From the NCBI GenBank assembly GCA_951406725.2, contig OX597838.1, forward strand, positions 44,702,001 through 44,766,000: a stretch of DNA of 64,000 nucleotides. Direction: 5' to 3'. Made by a program: the position numbers and the translations under genes. The stretch is from Octopus vulgaris. Lineage: Eukaryota. The stretch's first letter is position 1. Each line of letters begins with the position of its first letter. The notes below the pieces were generated by a model. It made no database searches. It worked only from the letters and a program-made list of their open reading frames with translations, and had not been told where the DNA came from. Positions 43,278 to 54,712 of this stretch are shown here, in pieces.

Positions 43278-44465
43278 TTCAGAATGAGATAAAAAAAAAC
43301 AAGACTATGAAGATTTTAGAACATTTATAAATAGGTCTTACAGCTGTTTCCAGGATATTTTTTATATCCCTTCATCGGAGACGATGTGAGAAAATGGTTA
43401 AGCAATAGTTAATTTAGATAAGATACGAAATAGAGAGTGAAGTGGAGGAATGAAAATAGATGTGAGATATGCAGGGATATTGCATTTGTAGATCCATTAC
43501 TTAGGCAGAATGGTATACATATAAGATTCCAATAGTATCTAAAATTGGTCATTGTAAATACTAATAGTATTTAAAATTGGTTATTCCAAGTATAGAGTTT
43601 GTAGAAAATATATATGTGAAGATGTATACAGATGTATATATTAGACATGCATATATATATTTATTCAGATGTTAATACATATCAATATCTACTACAAAGA
43701 TTTTACCTGTCCAACCACGTAATCTATATTTCTAAATTCTTCATTCCACCATATTACTACCCCTCTCTCTGCCCCATCACTATCACTACATAACTGACAC
43801 TCCTTTACCTTTTACACTCTTTATACCTCTCTGTCTCTAATCACACCACATTCTTTCTATCCGACGCTCCTTTACTCTGTACCCTATCATCTTTTTACAC
43901 TCTAATATCTTTCTCTCCCTATCACCCTCATCTCCCCATTCCTACTTTCAAATTATCTTGACTCACCACTAACTGGCACACTTTCCCTATCTTCATCTCT
44001 TCATTATCTCTCTCCTTGTTTTTTTTTATCTCCATTTTCTTTATTTACTTTATTCATCTCTTCCTGTTTTTTCTTTTTTCTTCTCTTTTTTTCTCTTTCT
44101 TTATTCCTCTCTTCCTGTTTTCGGTTTGATGGTGGGTAGTCTTTCACTCTGTGAAATGGACGGGCAGAATCTACTATGATCATGGCTGTCTAGATAGTTT
44201 TTGTCATAGTTCCCTTGCGTTGACTCCACGGAACTTTACTTCTTTCTCACAGATAATCTCAATGCATTTCTCATAGTAAAATGTATGTTTATAGATCGGT
44301 TGAGTGAAATTACGTCCATACTACCCATAACACAAGCTGTGAGGTCGTTGGAGTGGTAGCAACAACTAATTCTACTGAGGAGATTCTCCGTGCTCACACA
44401 GACATCAGGGGGAATCCCAGTGAGTGGTCGTAATATCTGTGAGAGGAAGAAATCCAAAAACGAAA
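43270..44465 (-). mobile_element. Deleted Penelope-like element (RT fragment and 3' repeat)
   Basis: FLSQILRPL...VSTENLL...VMGSMDVISL; purine-rich spacer, then an HHR. Confidence 0.65.
43335..43382 (-). ncRNA. Minimal hammerhead motif, CCGATGA core
   Basis: GTCT-CCGATGA-A-GGGATAT(AAAAA)ATATCCT-G-GAA-ACAGCTGT-A|AGAC. Confidence 0.75.
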
Positions 44466-44701
44466 CTTATATATATGTCTGTATGTGTGTGCGTGCGCGC
44501 GTGTGTGGGTGTATATATAGTTGAAATTTACCTGGAAAACAAAAGACGAAGACAGGTGATCAAACAACAAGCAGGTGTATTAGTTTGACATTCGTGAAGG
44601 TGAGAAAGTCTTTTTCGTTTGGTGTCTACGCTCTTCAACATAAAGGAATACGACGAAATAAGCAGAAAGAAAAAACTTTGGAGTTAGCGGTCAAATGTAT
44701 T

Positions 44702-44733
<32 letters not shown>

Positions 44734-44777
44734 TGTATGTATGTATGTATGTATGTATGTATGTACGTATGTTTGTA

Positions 44778-44813
<36 letters not shown>

Positions 44814-44906
44814 TAATAATATAGGGTGAAATTAATTAATTTGGAATAATCATTAATTTCACCAAGTAGATTTCGGCATGTAAAAGCCTCACTCGAGGAA
44901 AGTTTA

Positions 44907-45231
44907 AGTAATACTAAGTAATTAAGGGTTTAGCAACGATTTGCCTCACCACACACCGAATTTAGAAATAGCAGTCAAAGAGTTATAGCTATTCTTTCTA
45001 CTAAAAGGGAGATCTCAGTAAAACCGCAGCACTTGAAAGGCAAACACAGACAGGCAAGAGAGAAAGAAATGACGGCAATCTATCTTGCCTGTCTGTGTTT
45101 GCCTTTCAAGTGCTGCGGTTTTACTGAGATCTCCCTTTTAGTAGAAAGAATAGCTATAACTCTTTGACTGCTATTTCTAAATTCGGTGTGTGGTGAGGCA
45201 AATCGTTGCTAAACCCTTAATTACTTAGTAT

Positions 45232-45235
<4 letters not shown>
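44907..45235. repeat. Fold-back inverted repeat, 153-bp arms with a 23-nt spacer
   Basis: 44907-45059 is the reverse complement of 45083-45235; ends at (TA)n. Confidence 0.95.
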
Positions 45236-45282
<47 letters not shown>

Positions 45283-45684
45283 TACATACATGTGGGGGGG
45301 GGGGGGCGGTACATTTTGCTTTTGCAGAAGGCCAGCAATTTCGGGAAGAAGGAGTAAGACGATTACATCGACCCCAGTGTTGAACCGGTATTTCTTTTAT
45401 CAACCCCAAAATGATGAAACGCTTAGTCCACCTTTGCGGAATTGGAACTCTAAAAAGAAAAAAAAGGTAATGACGGATGAGATGGCGTTTAGTGTTTTGC
45501 CCGGCGTGCTAACGATTCTGCCAGCTCACAGACTTCTATACCTTTAGATATGTTCAGTTCTGATAAATATAAACAATTTTATATTTATCTCAAGGGTCAC
45601 TCCATACCTTTGTAGAGTACATGTCCATTATACTTTGACCAGAAGAGTGACTACGTAGATTCAGCCAGCTAACTAAGCCATTAT

Positions 45685-45779
<95 letters not shown>

Positions 45780-46346
45780 GCTTCAACTCACGAATTCACA
45801 TAAAGAATTTTGCAATTTTGGGTTGCAAATGTGAATTCGTGAGTTGAAGCATATTTTATTGTGTCTGGGGAGAGTCATTCTCTTTTAGAACCTTATTGTT
45901 TAACACACTTACCAGTTCGATTTCCAATTATTTATTTATTTTTTCTAAAATTTTCGTTGCCTCTTCCAAACGTTTCAATACTCGTTGACTCTGTCCGTTA
46001 TCAGAGCGGCGTTCTTTTTGTTTGCTTTTGTGCATGTGTGTGCGTCAGTGCTCATGTGTATACACAGATGTGTGTATGTATGTATGTATGTATGTATGTA
46101 TGTATGTATGTATGTATGTATGTATGTATGTATGTATGTATGTATGTGTGTATGTATGTATGTATGTATGTGTGTTTGTATATATATATGTATGTATGTA
46201 TGTATGCTTCTATGTGCGTGTGTTTGTGTGTTTGTGAGTGAGAGATACACACACACATACAAACACACAAACTCTTCCCAGACTCTCACAAGACACGATA
46301 ATATATATATATTTAAAATATATGTGCTTGTGTGTGTATGTATACA

Positions 46347-46446
<100 letters not shown>

Positions 46447-46581
46447 TGTGTGTATATATTAACGTATATAAACATATATATACGTATATATGTAGACATA
46501 CATACACACACACATATATATAGTGAGAAAGATAACTAGAATTGAATATAAATATTCTATATATATTTATGTATATATATT

Positions 46582-46644
<63 letters not shown>

Positions 46645-47418
46645 ATGTATCATATATATGTATTATATATAGGTGTGTATAGGTATAAATGAGTGAGCGT
46701 GATTTGCCCGGGCGTGTTTGTGTGTGCGAGCTTTCGTGTCTATCTCTCTGTCTGATTGTGTTTGTCCGTGTGTCCTGTCTCTAAACACGTCCATTGATTT
46801 TTAAGTCTATAGTTGTTTATGTATGTATATATACATTCTAAAATTTTGCGTGAGTGATATAAGAGTTGCGTGATTGAGTGAGCGACTGAATGAGTATGAG
46901 AGAGCCATGCTCATAGATCGATATTCAAACTGTGATGTAGAAGCTGATTGATTTTTTTAACACCTCCAATGTTACCATTGACGACAACAAAACTATGTGA
47001 GCGTGTGACTCATTGGTATGGGAATTAACAGGAAGCACATGCAAATCCCCATGTGTGTGTGCATATGTATGTATGTATATAAATAGATAGGTATATACGC
47101 ATACACGTATGTATATATATATATATATACGCACACGTGTAAGGCATTGCATCTTATCAGATCATATACAGTGGTGTTGGATATCAAAGGGACAGGTTGA
47201 TATATTATTTACCTTGACAAAGATGTGGATACACACGTTAATACGTGAGTACATGGATCTCCGTCTGTCACGACGATATTTAACCTGGTGTCCGATCAAC
47301 TATATATTTCTTGAACCAGCTTTCAAGCGGCAAAATAAGCCACAAATCAAGCTATTTCCGTAGTCGATGAGCACTACACTCGTATTCTCTTTAATACATA
47401 CATACATACATACATACA

Positions 47419-47466
<48 letters not shown>

Positions 47467-47472
47467 CAAATG

Positions 47473-47536
<64 letters not shown>

Positions 47537-47754
47537 TTGAGTTTCTAAATCTCTCGTAGAGAGGTGTACGGTGATGGAGCGATATAATGGTTGTATACTG
47601 TCAATCTAACAAGAACGTGACAGTAGGGGGTACACCACCGTTATATAGCCCTAGGAGGCATCGAACGCCTCCTGACAGCTTCGACACATTTTATCCTGTG
47701 TCCTTATATACACATACGAAGGGGAGACAAACACCCCCAACCGCCGGAACTGCA

Positions 47755-47800
47755 TCTAGGGACACCGTGTTTCAGGATCATTGTCCTTCATCGGCCTAGA
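47755..47800 (-). ncRNA. Minimal hammerhead motif with a 6-bp stem I, in a TA-flanked element (47535-47803)
   Basis: TCTAGG-CCGATGA-AGGA(CAATGA)TCCT-GAA-ACAC(G)GTGT-C|CCTAGA. Confidence 0.82.
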
Positions 47801-47814
47801 GTTATATATAATAA

Positions 47815-48066
47815 ATAAATGCGCCCTTTTAAAGCCTAGCCAGGCTCATGGGCCCGGTTTCCCGGCTTCAATGGCGTATGTGTTCCCCAGCTGGACGGGA
47901 CGCCAGTCTATCGCAGTGTTACTCATTTGTGCCAGCTGAGTGGACTGGAGCAACGTGAGATGAAGTGTTTTGCTCAAGAACACAACGCGTCGCCCGGTCC
48001 AGGAATCGAAACCACAATCTTACGATCATGGTGTTGATACCCTAACCACTAAGCCATGCGCCTCCG
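47815..48066 (-). mobile_element. tRNA-derived SINE (family C-related)
   Basis: Minus strand GGAGGCGCATGGCTTAGTGGTTAGGG...GGTTTCGATTCCTGGACCGGGCG. Confidence 0.85.
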
Positions 48067-48073
48067 CAATATA

Positions 48074-48353
48074 TAGTAGCGGATTGCTCGATGGCAAATG
48101 GACGCCTACACCATAAGAAGCCATATAAGGGGGCCCATGGTAGTACCTAAGGGGCTTATCCCCTCAAGGCTGGGATTTTTTAAATTCACTCTTGGAAGAA
48201 TGCATTAATTATTTCCGCATGTCTGTTTTTGTAGAGAGTTGAAAAGAAAACTTTTAACACACACACACAAAAAATTAAATTATATTGTCGTAGTTGCGAG
48301 TGGGCCCCCTTAGTCTCCTAGAAATCAATATTTTTAGACCCAGTCCGCCACTG
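48074..48353. mobile_element. MITE, possibly hAT-like
   Basis: Imperfect TIRs TAGTAGCGGATTG / CAGTCCGCCACTG; internal inverted GGGGGCCCA / TGGGCCCCC. Confidence 0.5.
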
Positions 48354-48613
48354 TATATATATATATATTTTTTTTAATATATATATACAGATAAAGGGTG
48401 AAATATAATTAATTTAATAAAATCAACAAATTTCACCAAATAGTTTTTCGGTATGGAAAAGGACCATATTCGGTAAAATATAATGGCTGCTATTTCTAAT
48501 ACTTTCGGTATGTGGTCTAGCAACCTGTTGCAAAGACCCTCATTGTTATAAATATATATATATATATATAGCAATAATAATTCTCTAAAAGAGATATAGA
48601 CAGTAACTGCTCG

Positions 48614-49003
48614 ATAACATAAGGGACTAAAGCCATCTGAATATGGCTAGGGACAGGGCAGGGTGGTGGGGGTGTTACTGTTGCATTTAGCCCCAGGCGA
48701 ACATCGACGTCACCAGAAAGGCCCGACACCGTCACGGTGTCCTTAACCTCAAAGGGAGGTAATTCCCCGATGAAGCGGAAACCACACACGGACCATGGTT
48801 TCAAGGTGTATTACCTTGAAACCATGGTCCGTATGTGGTTTCCGCTTCATCGGGGAATTACCTCCCTTTGCAGGTTAAGGACACCGTGACGGTGTCGGGC
48901 CTTTCTGGTGACGTCGATGTTCGCCTGGGGCTAAATGCAACAGTAACACCTCCACCACCCTGCCCTGTCCCTAGCCATATTCAGATGGCTTTAGTCCCTT
49001 ATG

Positions 49004-49007
<4 letters not shown>
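48614..49007. repeat. Fold-back inverted repeat, ~195-bp arms with a 5-nt loop
   Basis: Arms differ by only a few changes; apex AAGGT-GTATT-ACCTT. Confidence 0.95.
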
Positions 49008-49055
<48 letters not shown>

Positions 49056-49281
49056 TATATATAGGTGCTATATTGTTCTCGCTACTTGTAGCCTCATTTA
49101 TGTCAAAAGATCGTTGTCGCCGGGAAAATTTCTACTTCAGTAGTCAAAACCATTGAAAAGGTTGAAAGACGCAACGAAAATTTTAGAAAAGTAAAGAAAC
49201 CGTAGTGTGTGTTAAATTATAAGGCACTAAAAGAGAATGACTCTCTCCAGTCACAACAGAATATATATATATATATATATA

Positions 49282-49404
<123 letters not shown>

Positions 49405-49420
49405 TATATATGTGTGTGTG

Positions 49421-49472
<52 letters not shown>

Positions 49473-49701
49473 CACGCAAAAGCAATTGATTTGATTTGAA
49501 AACCCCACTGGATTGGGAGAAAGCGCTAATAATCCGAATGATATGATCTGAATGATATGATAGATATATATGTAAAAAATGTAATATATAAATAAATATC
49601 TATAAATATGAACCATCCGATCTTCTGATTACCTCATTTTTTCTAATATATAATACCTGTACATCATCTCCAAACCTTCCAATATATATATATATATATA
49701 T

Positions 49702-50457
49702 ATATTGTTGTATTTCGGAATGGTCATTTTACCACTTTAGCCAATACAAACACACGCACTATATATTTGGTGTTACTTTGCTTCAGTGTTATTTATTTTT
49801 ACATTAATCTTAATCTTATTTCGGCCAGAGTTCTTTCGTCACACTCCTGTGACCGCCTCAGTGGTCCTTTGCTTTCTTCTTTCTTATTTGTGTCTCTCCT
49901 TACTAACCGTCAGCATTTTGTATTTCTATTGTATGTATCTTCATTTGCGCATGCGTGTATCTCTATGAGCGTCTATGTTTAGTTAGTATGTGTGGGTGGA
50001 GGGGGAATGCCTGTAATATTTGTACCTTCTGTTTATATATGTTCGTGTAAATTGTTTTTGTTTATTCTTATTTTGTTCATGTTTACATCCACTTATTATT
50101 ATTCTCATTATTATTACGTATGCTTGTATGTATGTATAATTACAGGTATGTATGTATAATATTACAGGTATTCCCCACACACACACACACTAACTAAAAA
50201 TAGACGCACATAGAGATATACGCATGCGCAAATGAAGACACGTACAATAGATATACAAAATGGCTGACGGTTAGTAAGGAGAGACACAAATAAGAAAGAA
50301 GAAAACAAAGGACCACTGAGGCAGTCACAGGAGTGTGACGAAAGAACTCTGGCCGAAATAAGATTAAGATTAATGTAAAAAATAAATAACACATATATAG
50401 TGCGTGTGTTTTTATTGGCTAAACTGGCAAAATGACCATTCCGAAATGCAACAATAT
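49702..50457. repeat. Inverted pair of PLE terminal repeats, each with an HHR-like motif (49825-49864 minus, 50313-50352 plus)
   Basis: CCA-CTGAGGC-R-GTCACA(GGAG)TGTGAC-GAA-AG(AA)CT-C|TGG; termini homologous to 41120-41260. Confidence 0.75.
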
Positions 50458-50500
50458 CTGTTTCAACACATAACTTCACATAAAAAATCGTGCACAACAA

Positions 50501-50533
<33 letters not shown>

Positions 50534-50702
50534 CGTATATATATATGAAAAAAAATTTCTATTGACTATTTTATACATGCCAGGCCACTGGCGGAAATAT
50601 TTCTATAATTTTCCTACCCTGTATATATATATATACATATATATATAAATGGTAGATCGTTAGCCTCTACACACATTTTTTCTCTCCTTGTTTTCTGTGT
50701 TG

Positions 50703-50738
50703 CTTTCTGTAGAAGAGCGTAGGCTCGAAACGTAAAAG
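50703..50738 (+). ncRNA. Hammerhead-like motif, CTGTAGAA core, in a solo terminal repeat (50650-50830)
   Basis: CTTT-CTGTAGA-A-GAGC(GTAG)GCTC-GAA-ACGT-A|AAAG. Confidence 0.65.
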
Positions 50739-50834
50739 ACTTTTTCTATTCCTGAGCGTTATACTAATACATCTGTTTGTTTTTTACACCACCTGTCATC
50801 GTCTGTTGTTGATTTTTCGTAAACTCTCCCTATA

Positions 50835-51856
50835 TCTTTATATATAAAACTGAGAATGTGTGTCTGTCTGTCTGTGTGTTTCCCTAAAACTTGAGAACTA
50901 CACAACCAATTTCATTCAAATTTTGCACATGCCTTCCTTAGGGTCCATGTGGTTTCATGGGCAAAAAAAAGTTCAACTTCTTGCCTAGAGCGAGCCCATA
51001 GCAATATCATATCTTCTCTACTATTTCAGTATTACGCGTTAAAAGTGAAACAAAAACATTTCTCTATTTTATGTCAGATACTTTCACTTTAACAATAAAA
51101 AATAATAATAACAATTGAATTATATGTAGTAAGTAATAATTAAAATCAAACTAAAGTAGAATATAATCGTAACATAAAAAAAAAAATTAAAATAGCAATT
51201 GGTATAAAATTACATCAATGACTTGAACTTGAATAAGTGGTTTCACATGAATGGGAATAAAATTAGCGTGCAGAAATGGAATAGTCTAGATGGATAATAC
51301 AAAATTAAATTAAAGAAAAAACTATTGTCTATAAAGTATACAATGTAGAGGAAAAAGAAGATTTGAACACATGGAGGAAAGCACCTTCGAAAAGTGTCTT
51401 GGTGCGACTATGAAAGCCATCTAATCAGAGGCGGTAAATTCTCCACAATAGAAGCAAGTTTCGAGTCAACGGAGCGTGCAAGGGAGTACTCGACTCGAAC
51501 TTGCAAATTGGAAATATTTTATTTTTACCTTTATATATGGGACGTAGGACGTCCCGGAAAAAAATTTTAAATGCCCCTCCCCGAAGTAGAAGTAGGCTGG
51601 ATTGTAGCCACACTTCTATATAAGAGGGAGGACACGATACAATTGATCGAAATTACAAGAGACGGGCCTACAATTCCAGTCTGTTATATATTTTGAGTAT
51701 TGTTATCACTAGCGATATCAAGATATAACTTTCTATTTTGTATTTTATGTGTAGATGTAGATATATAGATGTACATGTAATATGTACACATATATATATA
51801 CACATATATACATGCACTAGCACTATGACCCGCCAACGACGGGTCTTTAATGCTAG
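50835..51856 (+). mobile_element. Non-autonomous Helitron (related fragment at ~42595-42840)
   Basis: A|TC 5' end, (GTCT)n, 3' hairpin GACCCGCCAACGACGGGTC plus CTAG|T. Confidence 0.85.
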
Positions 51857-51862
51857 TATATA

Positions 51863-51936
<74 letters not shown>

Positions 51937-52509
51937 AAGATACATACATACATACATACATAATACATACATAATATACACATGCATACATACATACATA
52001 CATACATACATACATACATACATACATACATACATACATACATACATACATACATACATACGTATATACAGTGTTTGAGGTGATGTACAGATATCGTAAT
52101 ATTGTATATTAAAAAGGGCGCAGTCAGAATTCTGACTGATATTCTTGATATAAACGTATATATGTGGAGGCGCAATGGCCCACTGGTCAGGGCAGCAGAC
52201 TCTCGTTCATTGGATCGCGGTCTCGATTCTCAGACCGGGCGTTATGAATCTTTATTGAGCGAAGATGCCTAAAGCTCCACAAGACTCCGGCAGGGAGTGG
52301 GTGTATCTTGCTGTACTCTTTCACCACGATATTCTATTACTCTTTCCTCCTGTTTCTGCTGTATTTCAAGGATTTGGTTGGTCTGAGGCTATAATAGAAG
52401 ACACTTGCCCAAGGTGCCACGCAGTGGGACTGAGCTCGGAACCATGTGGTTGGTAATCAAGCTACATACCACACAGCCTCCCTTGCACCTATATATACAT
52501 ACATATATA

Positions 52510-52545
<36 letters not shown>

Positions 52546-52555
52546 TGTATGTATG

Positions 52556-52589
<34 letters not shown>

Positions 52590-52638
52590 TGTATGTATGT
52601 ATGTATGTATGTATGTATATATACATAGAAAGAGATAA

Positions 52639-52704
<66 letters not shown>

Positions 52705-53403
52705 GGATGGATATACACTCACATATGTATATATTTATGTATGTAAGCCTGAATGTATCTAATTCATCTGTGTAAGCGTGCATGTGTATGTGGGCGTGCG
52801 TGTGTGTGTGTGACTATTTTTGTGTCTGTTTTTGTCCATCGATTTAAGACCGATTTTGGTTCGGCAAAAAATGCTGATGAAATAAGTACCGGACTAAAAA
52901 GAATAAATACTAGGATCAACATGTTTGACCGAACAAGAAGTAAAAGAATATATATACATATATATATATATATACATACACACACGCACCCCCCCCACAC
53001 ACACACAACGGGTTTCTTTCAGTTATATTGCGTGTTTTAACATGAATTGCTTTATCTAATGTGTCAGCGTATGTATGGTAAGAGCTGACGATTAGAAAAT
53101 ATTTTTCCTGGTATTTCTAAATACGTCGAATGACCTGCTAACTACAGCAGGTTTCTGCACTTCCCCCTTCACCACTAACAAGTATATCCATAGGTTAATT
53201 CAATCAATTTTTACATTTCCCTGCGGTAAATTATTTTGACGTGAAAGTATGTCGAACACAAACGAAAAGATAAAAAAAAAACAACACAAAAACCGAAATC
53301 AATAAAACTGTGACATAGATCTATGCTTGACCTAATTTAGATCTCAAATGTTTTTATGTCCAGCTGTTTGGTCTCTCAAAGCAACCTTATACACACATGA
53401 ATG

Positions 53404-53445
<42 letters not shown>

Positions 53446-53477
53446 CATATATATGTATATATGAATGTGTATACATA

Positions 53478-53519
<42 letters not shown>

Positions 53520-53541
53520 TGTTCATACTTACATATATATG

Positions 53542-53586
<45 letters not shown>

Positions 53587-54136
53587 ATATATACATGCAT
53601 ACATACATATATATACATATACATATACATATATATATACACATACGTACTAACATATGCATTAAGTATTTATAAGACAATATAAATACAATCTTATGAA
53701 TTTATGGACGTGCGAGCAGAGACGTGTAGAGATGTAGATATATATACGAAAAATGTAGATATGTATTGTTTGTGCTATCCACAAAATGTTTCTTTGGGGA
53801 CGTTCACTATTACTGTGTTCGTGTGTCCGGCAAATCCTTCGACGTGTAAGTGTACTCGGCTGATAGAAAACCCTACATGAACCTGTAGTACAACACATAT
53901 GTACGTATGTAGGTGTACAGGTATGATTTTAAGTATATTTTTATTGATAGAGGCTGGCATGGGTGTGTGTTTAAGAAACTCGGAGTGGAGCCACGCGACT
54001 TTGAGTTCAGTCTCACTGTGCAGCAACTTGGGCAAGTGTCTTCCACTAAAACTCCGAAATGCACAATGCCTTGTCAGTGAATATTGTCAACGGAAAGTGT
54101 GTGGAAGCCCGTTATATATATATATATATATATATA

Positions 54137-54326
54137 CTCTTTACTCTTTTACTTGTTTCAGTCATTTGACTGCAGCCATGCTGGAGTACCGCCTTTAGTC
54201 GAGCAAATCGACCCCGGCACTTATTCTTTGTAAGCCCAGTACTTATTCTATCGGTCTCTTTTGGTGAACCGCTAAGTGACGGGGACGTAAACACACCAGC
54301 ATCGGGGGACAAACACATACACACAA

Positions 54327-54359
<33 letters not shown>

Positions 54360-54520
54360 CGACGGGCTTCTTTCAGTTTCCGTCTACCAAATCCACTCAC
54401 AAGGCATTGGTCTGCCCGGAGCTATAGCAGAACACACTTGCCCAAGGTGCCACGCAGTGGGACTGAACCCGGAACCATGTGGTTGGTTAGGAAGCTACTT
54501 ACCACACAGCCACTCCTGCG

Positions 54521-54523
<3 letters not shown>
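54137..54523 (-). mobile_element. Full-length SINE family B
   Basis: Colinear with 30040-30425. Confidence 0.9.
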
Positions 54524-54618
<95 letters not shown>

Positions 54619-54712
54619 CTTTTATTCTATTACTTGTTTCAGTCATTTGACTGTGACCATGCTGGAGCATGACCTTCAACCATTTTTAGTTGAACGAATC
54701 GACCCCAGGACT

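Noticed and set aside
48765-48800. CCGATGAAGCGGAAACC as a complete hammerhead
   Set aside because: No stem II or stem I pairing; it lies antisense to the inferred element
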